From Gammaproteobacteria bacterium (GTDB taxonomy: Bacteria > Pseudomonadota > Gammaproteobacteria > Ga0077536), in NCBI GenBank assembly GCA_963662545.2, contig CAXXLL010000002.1, forward strand, positions 1,600,001-1,664,000: a DNA stretch of 64,000 nt, given 5' to 3'. The first letter of the stretch is position 1. Every line of letters begins with the position of its first letter. A program made the translations under genes and the position numbers. This document shows, in pieces, positions 41,993 to 51,842 of the stretch. The notes below the pieces were generated by a model. It ran no database searches, was not told where the DNA came from, and saw nothing but the letters and a program-made list of their open reading frames with translations.

Positions 41993-42220
41993 GTCTTCTT
42001 CGGGTCCAGGCTGTCCGAAAACTCCGAAAAATCGTTACGTGACGAAAAATTTCCCCACTTGTTGTCCCTATAGCAGATGAATTAGGGATCACACTGCGCG
42101 ATTTGATCAGATTGGATAACGCATTCCCCACAAAATCGAATTTAGTTTTCGGACAGCCTGGGTCGACTCCGGACTCCCGCAGTGCAGCATGGCATGGCTG
42201 CTTACGGCGGTATAGCGGAC
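41993..42220 (+). repeat. Tripartite site copy S11 (A with MITE, shortened linker, B-like)
   Basis: GTCTTCT-TCGGGTC|GAC-TCCGGAC, linker containing GCAGTGCAGCA, then GGCTGCT-N11-AGCGGAC. Confidence 0.65.
42007..42160. mobile_element. MITE, 154 bp, IS1182-like ends
   Basis: IR CAGGCTGTCCGAAAACT / AGTTTTCGGACAGCCTG; DR GGTC. Confidence 0.88.
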
Positions 42221-42367
42221 CCTAATCTCGTAAAGCCCGATTGCAGAGTGCGGTGTTTATGCGACGGCACTCGTCAGGTTAGGTCGAATCCAGGATGCCA
42301 ATATGTAAGAACGAGTCCAAGTTTTCACAAATTATGGTCTCGCGATGCGAACGGACCGGATTCACCG

Positions 42368-43363
42368 TTATGCCACGCGGGCATCGATGCGGTAGAGACC
42401 AGCACTGCGCGCTGCTGCGATTGCGCCCGCCAGCTCCGTATCTCGGGGCCGGCGATCGATATCGCGATATTTACCCTTACGGTCGTTTGGTCCCACCTGG
42501 TATTCCGGACGGTATTGCGACATCACGTTGACATAGGTATCGACCGACAATTCGTCAGCGAGCCAATTCAATATTGCGCGGGTCTCGTCTTCCTGTCCCG
42601 GCATCACCAGATGGCGCACCAGCAGCCCGCGCCGCGCTAGGCCGTCGGGGCCGAACCGAAGCGGTCCAACCTGGCGTTGCATCTCCTGGATCGCCGTTCT
42701 TGCCCGCTCGGGATAATCCTTGGCTTTGGCGAGGCGCCGGGCACTCTCGCGGTGCCAGAACTTGAAGTCGGGCATGTAGATGTCGACGATGCCGTCGAGC
42801 AGCCGCAGCGACGACACCGCGTCGTAAGCGCTGGTGTTGTAGACGACCGGAATATGGAAGCCCCTGGGCACTGCGGCCGCGACGGCCTCGATGACCTGGG
42901 GCGCGACATGCTCGGGGGTGACGAAATTGATGTTGTGACAACCGCGTTCCTGTAATGCCAACATGATGGATGCGATCTGATGAGCGTCGCATTCGGTGCC
43001 TGATTTTTGTTGAGAGATGTCCCAGTTCTGGCAGAACACACAGCGCAGGTTGCACTGCCCGAAGAATATCGTGCCCGAGCCGTACGAACCACGCAGGCAG
43101 TCTTCTTCGCCAAAGTGTGGGAAGGCGCTCGAGACGATCGCGTGCCGGCCCGTGTGGCATACCCGCGCGACGTTCTCCAGGCGGTTGACGTGGCAGTTAC
43201 GGGGACAGGCGCAGCAGTCCTCGAGTTCACCGAGGGCGTTCGCGACGCGTTGCTCGAGTTCGCCGCTACGGTAGAGTGTGAGATAGGCGGGTTCGAAGTG
43301 CTCGATCACGAAGCGCCGTTCGTGACGGGATGTGCGGGTACGAAGGCGTTCTACATCGCTCAT
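42368..43363 (-). CDS. Radical SAM protein (PflX-like)
   Basis: HFGEE..L.G..GSGTIFF, CNLRCVFCQN, HNIN.VTP, RHLVMPG. Confidence 0.9.
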   Translation of the reverse strand: MSDVERLRTRTSRHERRFVIEHFEPAYLTLYRSGELEQRVANALGELEDCCACPRNCHVNRLENVARVCHTGRHAIVSSAFPHFGEEDCLRGSYGSGTIFFGQCNLRCVFCQNWDISQQKSGTECDAHQIASIMLALQERGCHNINFVTPEHVAPQVIEAVAAAVPRGFHIPVVYNTSAYDAVSSLRLLDGIVDIYMPDFKFWHRESARRLAKAKDYPERARTAIQEMQRQVGPLRFGPDGLARRGLLVRHLVMPGQEDETRAILNWLADELSVDTYVNVMSQYRPEYQVGPNDRKGKYRDIDRRPRDTELAGAIAAARSAGLYRIDARVA

Positions 43364-43598
43364 TACACTGTCGCTTAAACGCCGGCCTACGCCGCCCGTT
43401 CGTACTGCGTGACGACGCAACACCTGCCGCGCCCGATGTTGTGCTGCAAGGCGATCTTCGCTCCTTCAATATGAAATGGCGTGATGCCACTTTCAGTTAC
43501 GCGAACGATACCGGACAATAGGCCGGTGCACATCATTTTGCGCTGCGGGGCGGCGCTTCAAACGCGTGCATCCCGAACACCTAAAAGGGGGAGATAGC

Positions 43599-44339
43599 AT
43601 GGCAAACGATCGGATCGCTCTGGTGACGGGTGCGAACCGGGGGCTGGGCTTTGAGATCTGTCGCCAGCTGGGCAGCCAGGGCCACACGATGATCGTCGCT
43701 TCACGCGATCCGGATAAGGGCGAAGCGGCAGCCGAAAGGCTTCGTGCCGAGGGCATTGACGCGCACGCCCAGCAGTTGGATGTGGCCGATTCCGCCAGTA
43801 TCGCGGCTGCGGCCGACGCCGTTGCAAAGCAATTCAGCGTGCTCGACGTGCTGGTGAACAACGCCGGCACCTTCGTCGAGGAGTGGGGCACCTTGCCGAG
43901 CGCGGTGACCGTGGCCCAGATGCGTGAAACCTTCGACACCAATTTCTTCGGCCCCCTCGAGGTCCTGCGCGAGTTCATACCGCTCATGCGCAAAAGCAAA
44001 GCTGGGCGCGTTGTCAACGTTTCGAGCGACATGGGTTCGCTCGCAAACATCAACAACCCGGAATCGATCGTCTACGACGTTATGGGTCCCGCCTATCAGG
44101 CGTCAAAGGTGGCCATCAATGCACTCACGACCTTGTTCGCGAAAGAATTCAAGGACACGAACTTCAAGGTCAATTCGTCGTCGCCCGGCTGGTCGCGTAC
44201 GGATATGGGGGGCGAGGAAGCGCCGCTCAGTCCCGCCGAAGGCGCGGACACCGCCGTGTGGCTCGCGACCCTGCCGGACGACGGGCCCACCGGGGGATTC
44301 TTCAGCGCGACGCGCGAGCGTGGCGCGATGGAGTGGTAG
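43599..44339 (+). CDS. SDR oxidoreductase (carbonyl reductase-like)
   Basis: TGANRGLG, YQASK, PGW.RTDMGG, GADT.VWLA. Confidence 0.92.
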   Translation: MANDRIALVTGANRGLGFEICRQLGSQGHTMIVASRDPDKGEAAAERLRAEGIDAHAQQLDVADSASIAAAADAVAKQFSVLDVLVNNAGTFVEEWGTLPSAVTVAQMRETFDTNFFGPLEVLREFIPLMRKSKAGRVVNVSSDMGSLANINNPESIVYDVMGPAYQASKVAINALTTLFAKEFKDTNFKVNSSSPGWSRTDMGGEEAPLSPAEGADTAVWLATLPDDGPTGGFFSATRERGAMEW

Positions 44340-44384
44340 GCAGGGCGCGTCAAAAAGAACATTTAAATAAGAGGTGGTTTTACC

Positions 44385-45230
44385 ATGACCCGATGCGGTG
44401 TCATCATTTTCGCGACCGACAAGTCCATGCAGCCGATAGAACTGGCGAAGGCCGTCGAGGAGCGAGGGCTGGATTCACTCTTCGTGCCGGAGCACACGCA
44501 CATTCCCACGAATTCGGTTTCGCCGTTCCTGCCGGGGGGCGAAATACCCGAGCCTTATCGCCGAACTTATGATCCGTTCGTCGTGCTGGCCGCGTGTGCG
44601 GCTGTCACCGAACGCATCTCGCTCGGAACCGGCATCTGTCTGGTGTCACAACGGCATCCGATTACCCTGGCGAAGGAAGTAGCGACCCTCGACAACATAT
44701 CCAATGGACGGTTCATATTCGGTATCGGCGCCGGCTGGAACAAGCCGGAGATCGAGAACCACGGCACCGTGTTCGAGCAGCGCTGGGCCGTGTTGCGCGA
44801 ACGGATCCTCGCGATGAAAACCATATGGACCGAAGACGAGGCCGAGTTTCACGGCGAATTCGTAGATTTCGATCCCATCTGGTCCTATCCCAAGCCGGTG
44901 CAGGCCGGCGGACCCCCGATCTGGATCGGCGCCAATTCTAAATATGTCGCCGATCGGGTGGCCGAGTTCGCCGACGGCTGGCTGCCGATCGGCGGACGTG
45001 CCGGCGGCGCGAATATCGCTCAGGTTCGCGCGGCTTGCGAGAAGCGCGGGCGCTCGTTCGACGACATTACTCTGGCACTGTTTTTTCCGCCGATGGACGA
45101 GGGCGAAGCCCGTGAGCAAATCGAACTCGGATACTCGGAACTCATTTTCCACCTGCCTTCCGAGGGTGCGGACAAGGTATTGCCCGTGCTCGACGATATC
45201 GCGGTGCTTGCGGACAAGCTGCGCGGGTGA
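44385..45230 (+). CDS. LLM class, F420-dependent-type oxidoreductase (Rv2161c-like)
   Basis: PEHTHIP, DPFV.L, LAKEVATLD, GIGAGWN. Confidence 0.88.
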   Translation: MTRCGVIIFATDKSMQPIELAKAVEERGLDSLFVPEHTHIPTNSVSPFLPGGEIPEPYRRTYDPFVVLAACAAVTERISLGTGICLVSQRHPITLAKEVATLDNISNGRFIFGIGAGWNKPEIENHGTVFEQRWAVLRERILAMKTIWTEDEAEFHGEFVDFDPIWSYPKPVQAGGPPIWIGANSKYVADRVAEFADGWLPIGGRAGGANIAQVRAACEKRGRSFDDITLALFFPPMDEGEAREQIELGYSELIFHLPSEGADKVLPVLDDIAVLADKLRG

Positions 45231-46225
45231 GCGTGAATGAAGACCACCCGTTTCACCGTCTGACACCGGATTTCATTCTCGCGGCCGTCGAGTCACGCGG
45301 CTACGTTACCGACGGTCGGCTGCTCGCGCTCAACAGCTACGAAAACCGGGTCTACCAGATTGGAATCGAAGACGCGCAACCTTTGATTGCGAAGTTCTAT
45401 CGCCCCGGACGCTGGACCGACGAACAGATCCGCGAAGAACACGCCTTCTGTTTTGAACTCGTCGCGCAGGACCTGCCAGTGGTTGCACCGCTCGGCGACA
45501 GCCCTGCGGACAGCCTGGTTCACGTCGAGGAGTTCCCGATCGCCTTCTATCCGCGTCGGGGCGGTCGGGCGCCCGATTTGGACGATGACGAAAACCTGCG
45601 CACCATGGGACGCTACCTGGCACGCATGCACACCGTCGGCGCGGGCCGTCCATTCGAGTACCGGCCGGCCATCGACGTAGATTCATTCGGCACCGAGAGC
45701 GTCGCATACGTGAGCGGCAACTGCATACCCGATGATCTGCGGGCCGCCTACGACAGCCTGACCGTCGATTTGCTACGCCTGTGTGATGAGCGTTTTACGA
45801 TGTGTGAGGGCGTACGTATTCTGCGCGTGCATGGCGACTGTCACCACGGCAATGTCTTGTGGCGCGACGACGCGCCGCATTTCGTCGATTTCGACGACGC
45901 GCGCATGGCGCCCGCGGTACAGGATTTGTGGATGCTCTTGTCCGGACATCGCGAAGAGCAACGCGTGCAACTCAATACTATCCTCGAGGGCTATCATGAA
46001 TTCGCGGATTTCGATTTGCGTGAAATGGCATTGATCGAAGCGCTCAGGACCCTGCGCATGCTGCACTACGCAGCATGGTTGGCGCGTCGCAGGGATGATC
46101 CGGCCTTTCCCCTGGCATTCCCGTGGTTCAACTCGCAGGCGTATTGGGAGCGCCACGTGCTGGAGCTGCGTGAACAGTTTGCCGAGCTATGCGAACCGCT
46201 CTGGTCGGGAGAAATGCTACAGTGA
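45227..46225 (+). CDS. srkA: Stress-response Ser/Thr kinase (SrkA/RdoA/YihE)
   Basis: LNSYENRVY, KFYRP.RW, HGDCH.GN, VDFDD, PAVQDLWMLL, DPAFP.AFPWF. Confidence 0.9.
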   Translation: MSVNEDHPFHRLTPDFILAAVESRGYVTDGRLLALNSYENRVYQIGIEDAQPLIAKFYRPGRWTDEQIREEHAFCFELVAQDLPVVAPLGDSPADSLVHVEEFPIAFYPRRGGRAPDLDDDENLRTMGRYLARMHTVGAGRPFEYRPAIDVDSFGTESVAYVSGNCIPDDLRAAYDSLTVDLLRLCDERFTMCEGVRILRVHGDCHHGNVLWRDDAPHFVDFDDARMAPAVQDLWMLLSGHREEQRVQLNTILEGYHEFADFDLREMALIEALRTLRMLHYAAWLARRRDDPAFPLAFPWFNSQAYWERHVLELREQFAELCEPLWSGEMLQ

Positions 46226-46251
46226 ATGGCGCGGCAGAAGGCTAGTGAGAT

Positions 46252-46611
46252 ATGCGGATTAACCTCCATAAGCTCATCGGCTTTGCTACGGCGGTGGGGC
46301 TTGTCATTGCGGTGCTCGCGCTGGTCGGCATCGGTATATCGGGCGTTGACGACGCGCTCTTGATCCTCTTCTGGTGCGGTTGGGGCGTGGTCAGTGCCGC
46401 CTTGCTAGCCGGCCTTTTCACAGTCAGGATGCCGTTACCGCTGGACGGCCCGTTCAAGGTGATTCGATTCGGAATCGCCACGGTGATCCTCGGTTTTGCC
46501 ATGGAATCGCTTTCCGGTGCTTCGATGCGGCCGCTGTGGGGCTTCGGAGCCGCGACGGTGTTCGTGGGGATCGGTTGGGCCCTGTGGTCGATCGGGGGCA
46601 TGCGGGAATGA
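46252..46611 (+). CDS. Small membrane protein (about 4 TM helices)
   Basis: Hydrophobic ORF collinear with its neighbours. Confidence 0.6.
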   Translation: MRINLHKLIGFATAVGLVIAVLALVGIGISGVDDALLILFWCGWGVVSAALLAGLFTVRMPLPLDGPFKVIRFGIATVILGFAMESLSGASMRPLWGFGAATVFVGIGWALWSIGGMRE

Positions 46612-46748
46612 ACAGGTGGCCTATGCGGGACACCACACCAGTGTCGGCAAAAGCTTGCTGAATCTTGGTGCCCCGATTGACTGTTTCGCGACGCGGGCCT
46701 ACTTTGCGCGAGGTAGAAACGACGAGGCCCAAAACGAAGGAGACATCC

Positions 46749-47216
46749 ATGTTCGCCGACAATGCCTATGAATCAATGGCTGCACGTGAAGTCATCGAGC
46801 TACACGAATTTCTCGAAAACTGGTTCACAGGCCGCTGCACGAACGCCGACGAAGTATGGTCAGCTCGGTTATTGTCGCGTTTCACCGATGATTTCCACAT
46901 CACTATGCCCGCGGGGACACTCCTGTCGGGCGGCGGGCTGTGGGATCCCCTGCGTGCCGAACACGGGCGCAACCCGACCTTCAAGATCAACATCAGGGCC
47001 ATCGTTCAGGCCGCACGCCTGCGCAACGGCGTTTCGGTGTGGACTTATGAAGAATGGCAGCGCAACGCGTTGAATGCCTCGCCGCCCGATAACGGGCGCG
47101 CGGCGAGCGTGGTGTTTATCGAGGATCCCACGACGGCGACGGGATTGAAATGGGCTCACGTTCACGAGACTTGGTTGCCGGCGGAAACCATAGCCGCCGA
47201 TGCGTTCGACTGGTAG
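46749..47216 (+). CDS. NTF2-like / DUF4440-like protein
   Basis: EVIELH.F...WF.G, YEEWQ, W.H.HETW. Confidence 0.75.
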   Translation: MFADNAYESMAAREVIELHEFLENWFTGRCTNADEVWSARLLSRFTDDFHITMPAGTLLSGGGLWDPLRAEHGRNPTFKINIRAIVQAARLRNGVSVWTYEEWQRNALNASPPDNGRAASVVFIEDPTTATGLKWAHVHETWLPAETIAADAFDW

Positions 47217-47260
47217 TCGTAACACAGACTTAACGAGATTTAAGGCGAGGAACTCTTATC

Positions 47261-48274
47261 ATGTTGCCGATCGGTTATTTCCCATGTACCCAGGATGCGC
47301 CGGATGGTAAGAATATCGCCCGGGTCATCGACGAGCTGGTTGAACAGGCGGAGCTGTGTGAACAGGTCGGCTTCGATGGTTTCTTCTTTACCGAGCATCA
47401 CCAGCAGGAAGACGGATATCTGCCGTCCCCGGTGCTTCTGTCCGGCATGATCGGCATGCGCACCCAGCGTATCAAGGTCGGCAGCTGCGTGTTGCTCGCG
47501 CCGCTCTATCATCCCATTCGCCTGGCCGAGGACATCGCGGTCGTCGACCAGGCGACCAAGGGGCGCATGGTGGCGGCGGTGGGCATCGGCTATCAGCCGC
47601 ACGATTTCGACGCCTTCGGTGTTCCCATCAAGCAGCGCGCGCGGCGCACCGAGGAAATCGTCGAGATTCTCCGTCTGGCATGGACGGGCCAACCATTCAG
47701 CTACGAGAGCAAATATCACACCATCGACAACGTGCGCGTTACGCCGCCCGCTTACCAGCAGCCGGGGCCGCCGATCTGGCTCGCGGGCTGGGTGCCTGCC
47801 GGCTTGGAGCGTGCGGGCCGGATGGGTGACGGCTGGATCGCCGACCCCATTCAGTCGCTGGCCGTGATCAAGGATTACGCGAAGCAGTACCGCGCCGAGG
47901 CGAGAAAACACGGCCGCAAGCCATATGTCGTACTCATGCGGGACTGCGTCATCGGTGAATCCTGGGATGCCTGCGTCGCCAAGAGCGAACCGACAATGGT
48001 GACGCATCGCTGGTATTTTCGCTACGGCGCCTATGTAATGGATGACTACATCAAGGACGTCAAGGATCCCGAGGAACTGAGTTTCGACGTGGCGAAGAAG
48101 GATCGCCTCATCGCCGGCAATCCCGAACAATGCCTTGACCAGCTCTTGATGTGGAAGCAAGAGATCAATCCCGATTACATCATGCTGCGCATGCGCCAGC
48201 CCGGAGGACCGCCGCAGCCGGAAGCGCTTGCCGACATCCGCATGTTCGGCGAAAAGGTCATCCCTAATTTGTAG
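47261..48274 (+). CDS. LLM flavin-dependent oxidoreductase
   Basis: TEHH, HPIRLAEDIA, PPIWL. Confidence 0.9.
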   Translation: MLPIGYFPCTQDAPDGKNIARVIDELVEQAELCEQVGFDGFFFTEHHQQEDGYLPSPVLLSGMIGMRTQRIKVGSCVLLAPLYHPIRLAEDIAVVDQATKGRMVAAVGIGYQPHDFDAFGVPIKQRARRTEEIVEILRLAWTGQPFSYESKYHTIDNVRVTPPAYQQPGPPIWLAGWVPAGLERAGRMGDGWIADPIQSLAVIKDYAKQYRAEARKHGRKPYVVLMRDCVIGESWDACVAKSEPTMVTHRWYFRYGAYVMDDYIKDVKDPEELSFDVAKKDRLIAGNPEQCLDQLLMWKQEINPDYIMLRMRQPGGPPQPEALADIRMFGEKVIPNL

Positions 48275-48393
48275 CCGTCCTGACCGTGAGAACGGCATCG
48301 ATCGACCGATGTAGCAAGCCGGCGAATCAAATTTGAGGTTCTCGATTGGTATCAAGGACGGCGGTACATAACAGCAAGCTGTAGGTGACGGTA

Positions 48394-49350
48394 ATGGCAT
48401 ATTTTGAAGATAACTCTCTATCGATCGGCAACACACCGCTCGTCAAACTCAAGCGGGTCGTCGACCCGGACAAGGCGACGGTGCTGGCGAAGATCGAGGG
48501 CCGCAATCCAGCGTACTCGGTCAAGTGCCGCATCGGCGCATCGATGATCTGGGATGCGGAGGAGAAAGGCCTGCTGAAGCCGGGTATCGAGGTGGTCGAA
48601 CCCACCAGCGGCAATACCGGCATCGCGCTGGCCTACGTGTGTGCGGCGCGGGGTTACAAGCTGACCCTGACGATGCCGGAGACGATGAGCATCGAGCGTC
48701 GCCAGGTGCTCAAGGCGTTCGGCGCCAATTTGGTATTGACCGAAGGCCCGAAAGGCATGCCGGGTGCTATAAAGAAAGCCGAGGAAATCGTCGCCAGTGA
48801 TCCGAAACGCTACTACATGCCGCAGCAATTCGAGAATCCGGCGAATCCCGCGATCCATGAATCGACGACCGGCCCCGAGATCTGGGAGCAGACGGACGGC
48901 GCCGTCGACGTGTTCGTTTCAGGGGTGGGTACCGGCGGCACGATCACCGGTGTTTCGCGATACATCAAGCATACCCGCGGCAAGGCGATCACCTCGGTGG
49001 CGATCGAGCCCGAACCGAGCCCGATCATCACGCAAACCTTGGCGGGCGAGGAACTCAAGCCGGCGCCGCACAAGATCCAGGGCATCGGTGCAGGCTTTAT
49101 TCCGGGCACACTGGATTTGTCGGTGGTCGATCGCGTGGAACTCGTGTCGAACGAGGAAGCGGTCGAAATGGGCCGGCGCCTGGCGACCGAGGAAGGCATA
49201 CTCAGCGGGATCTCCTGCGGTGCCGCGGTCGTGGTGGCCCGGCGGATCTCGGAGGAGCCGGCGTTCGCGGGCAAGACCATCGTCGTGATCCTGCCCGATG
49301 CGGGCGAACGCTATCTCTCGAGCGTAATGTTCGAGGATTTAGACGTATAG
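48394..49350 (+). CDS. cysK: Cysteine synthase A
   Basis: [37 protein letters not shown]. Confidence 0.96.
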   Translation: MAYFEDNSLSIGNTPLVKLKRVVDPDKATVLAKIEGRNPAYSVKCRIGASMIWDAEEKGLLKPGIEVVEPTSGNTGIALAYVCAARGYKLTLTMPETMSIERRQVLKAFGANLVLTEGPKGMPGAIKKAEEIVASDPKRYYMPQQFENPANPAIHESTTGPEIWEQTDGAVDVFVSGVGTGGTITGVSRYIKHTRGKAITSVAIEPEPSPIITQTLAGEELKPAPHKIQGIGAGFIPGTLDLSVVDRVELVSNEEAVEMGRRLATEEGILSGISCGAAVVVARRISEEPAFAGKTIVVILPDAGERYLSSVMFEDLDV

Positions 49351-49405
49351 CTTACGGTCCACGGTCGTGATCGAATTGCGGGGTGAAGCAATTGGAATCG
49401 AGCGC

Positions 49406-50053
49406 ATGAAACGAAACTCGATGCTGGCCGTCGCCACCTTACTGGGACTGATAGTGACTGCTCCGAGTTACGCCACGCTTACCGTGTTCAGCGATCGCGC
49501 GAGCTGGGAGGCCGCTATCGGCGGCAGTGACGGGTTCGAGAACTTCAACGGCGTGACCCCGTTTGGAATGTCTTCCGGCGTGAATGGTGCGGGTTTGATC
49601 GACATCGAGATAATCGGCGACCCTACCCTCAATCGAATCGATGCCGGCAGCGGTGGGGCGGACACGGATGGTTCGAATTATTTCCACGGCGCGCTCGATT
49701 TCTCGGGTGTTACGCCGTCGGACTTGATCACCGTGTTGATTAACCAACCGGTCATTGGGTTCGGCGCCGACTGGGCAACTACGATCACAGGCGGTGAATT
49801 GATCATGACCATCGGCAACGACACCGTCGCGTTCACTGACCATTTTACCGGCCTGGGCGACGGCTTCCTCGGGGTCATTGCGACGGCGGCGTTCTCGAGT
49901 GTGGTGCTGGATACCGAGCTGGGCACGGCCGAGCAGTTCGGTATGGACAACTTCACCTTCAAGACGGTCGCAGAGCCGCCGCCCCTTGCGCTTATGGCGC
50001 TTGGAATGGTTCTGAGAACGCCATTGCTTCGAGGTGTGACTCGAACGCGGTGA
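49406..50053 (+). CDS. Exported protein with a degenerate PEP-CTERM-like tail
   Basis: Signal peptide, G/D/T-rich body, VAEPPPLALMALG...R tail. Confidence 0.7.
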   Translation: MKRNSMLAVATLLGLIVTAPSYATLTVFSDRASWEAAIGGSDGFENFNGVTPFGMSSGVNGAGLIDIEIIGDPTLNRIDAGSGGADTDGSNYFHGALDFSGVTPSDLITVLINQPVIGFGADWATTITGGELIMTIGNDTVAFTDHFTGLGDGFLGVIATAAFSSVVLDTELGTAEQFGMDNFTFKTVAEPPPLALMALGMVLRTPLLRGVTRTR

Positions 50054-51781
50054 TCAACTCGCGCGCCGTACGGGTTTCTTGCTGTTTTGCAGTGCCTCGT
50101 CGTAGCCGTATTTCTCGCGCGCCTGTTCAGGGCTTACGTATCCTTCGCTCACGTCCTCGCTGACCGCTTCGCGCGCGCGTTCGATGGGGTCGCCGTATCC
50201 GCCCCCACCGGGCGCCATCACCTGCACGCGGTCGCCGGGCTTCATCGGCACGTTCGAGTATTTGCTGGGGCTGACTTTGCCGAAGGCCTCGGCGATCGTC
50301 TGCCATTGCGTGCTGCCGGCGGCCTGGTAGAGCGTCGCCCCGGGCAGACCATCCATGCCGCCCTTCAGCCCCCAGGCCGTTAACTTGTGCTTATTGGTCA
50401 TCTGGCTGATCAGCATCTCACCCGTGCACAGCATGGTCTTGGTGTTGCTCAGCCCGCCGCGATGGCGTCCCGGTCCGCCTGAATCGGGACGCAGGGCGTA
50501 CTCTTCGACGATCCATGGGAAGCGCGTTTCGAACACCTCCATCGGCGTGTTCGCACAATTTCCGTTGATCGAGTCCGTCGCGTCATTGCCGTCGGCAAAT
50601 GAACGGCCACCGTAACCGACGTAGCTGAAATCAAATCCGCCGTACGGTTCGTCATTCATTTCATCGTAGCCGCCGAAGACGAAGCAGCCGTGCGTCGTGC
50701 CCTCGGATGCCATCACGCGATCCGGCACGCACTCCGCCATGGCGCCGAAGATCGCGCACACGATGACCGGATGCGTTTCGGTATTGCCGCCGACCGAGGA
50801 ACCGGGGTAATTGACGTTCATGACGGTGCCCGCCGGCGCGATCACGCGAATCGGTCGGAAGCAGCCCGAATTCTTGGGGATCGTCTGATCCGTCAGGTGC
50901 AGCATCGCGTTGATCGCGGCCGACCAGGCGACGCCGAGGGTCGCGTTGATCGGGCCCTTGGCCTGTGGCGAGGAACCGGTGTAGTCGATCACCACTTCGT
51001 CGCCCTGTACGTATACCGCCACGTGGATTTCGAATTCGCGATCCTCGATGCCGTCGTCTTCCACACGATCGACGAAGGTGTACTTGCCATCCGGAAACGA
51101 TGCGATCTCGGCTCGCATGCGCCTTTCCGAATACGTCAGCAGATCGGTCACGGTCTGCCCGAAGACGTCTTTGCCATATTTTTTTACCAATTCGATCATG
51201 CGTCGCTCGCCCAGATCGACAGCGCTGATCAAGGCGCGCATATCACCGTAGTTGCCCCGTGGTGTGCGCACGTTGGCGAGCATCATCTTCCAGACTTCGG
51301 GTACGTCCTTGCCACGCTTGATGATCTTGACGGGCGGCACACGCAGGCCTTCGTGAAAGATCTCCGTCGCTTCGCCGGGAAAACCACCCGGCACCATCCC
51401 GCCAACTTCGACAAAATGGCCGATGCAGACGGCGAAGGCGGTGATCTCGTTGTCGACGAAGATGGGTTTGAAGACTGTGTGCTCCGGGGTGTGGAGCCCG
51501 CCGCGGTAGGGATCGTTGTGCACGATCACGTCGCCTTCCCCCATTTCTTCCAGCGGTACTTCTTTGACCATGGAACGCACGAGCAATGGAACGCCCCCTA
51601 TCTGCGCCGGACAAAAGTCAGCCACGGCAATCATCTCGCCGTCGGGGCTCGCCAGCGCGCAGGTGAAATCCTCGGCTTCGCTGAAGATCGTCGAATAGGC
51701 GGTTTTCTGAACGTTGATACCCATTTCACGGGTGATCGCGACCATCGCCGATTCGATGATGTTCAGGTTGATCATGTCCAT
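50054..51781 (-). CDS. Hydantoinase B / oxoprolinase family protein
   Basis: NDPY.GG.H, EIFHEG, NTP.E..E, PGGGGYGDP. Confidence 0.93.
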   Translation of the reverse strand: MDMINLNIIESAMVAITREMGINVQKTAYSTIFSEAEDFTCALASPDGEMIAVADFCPAQIGGVPLLVRSMVKEVPLEEMGEGDVIVHNDPYRGGLHTPEHTVFKPIFVDNEITAFAVCIGHFVEVGGMVPGGFPGEATEIFHEGLRVPPVKIIKRGKDVPEVWKMMLANVRTPRGNYGDMRALISAVDLGERRMIELVKKYGKDVFGQTVTDLLTYSERRMRAEIASFPDGKYTFVDRVEDDGIEDREFEIHVAVYVQGDEVVIDYTGSSPQAKGPINATLGVAWSAAINAMLHLTDQTIPKNSGCFRPIRVIAPAGTVMNVNYPGSSVGGNTETHPVIVCAIFGAMAECVPDRVMASEGTTHGCFVFGGYDEMNDEPYGGFDFSYVGYGGRSFADGNDATDSINGNCANTPMEVFETRFPWIVEEYALRPDSGGPGRHRGGLSNTKTMLCTGEMLISQMTNKHKLTAWGLKGGMDGLPGATLYQAAGSTQWQTIAEAFGKVSPSKYSNVPMKPGDRVQVMAPGGGGYGDPIERAREAVSEDVSEGYVSPEQAREKYGYDEALQNSKKPVRRAS

Positions 51782-51842
51782 GCCGTCACCCTCCGTTTAC
51801 CGCTCACCACTAGCTGCCGTCGTAGCTGTCGCGAATCACGCG

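Noticed and set aside
9152-42220. Classical integron or CALIN interpretation of the repeat array
   Set aside because: The sites lack the RYYYAAC...GTTRRRY single-hairpin attC frame, cargo occurs in both orientations, and the integrase is paired with an IS91 transposase and shows no evident IntI insertion.
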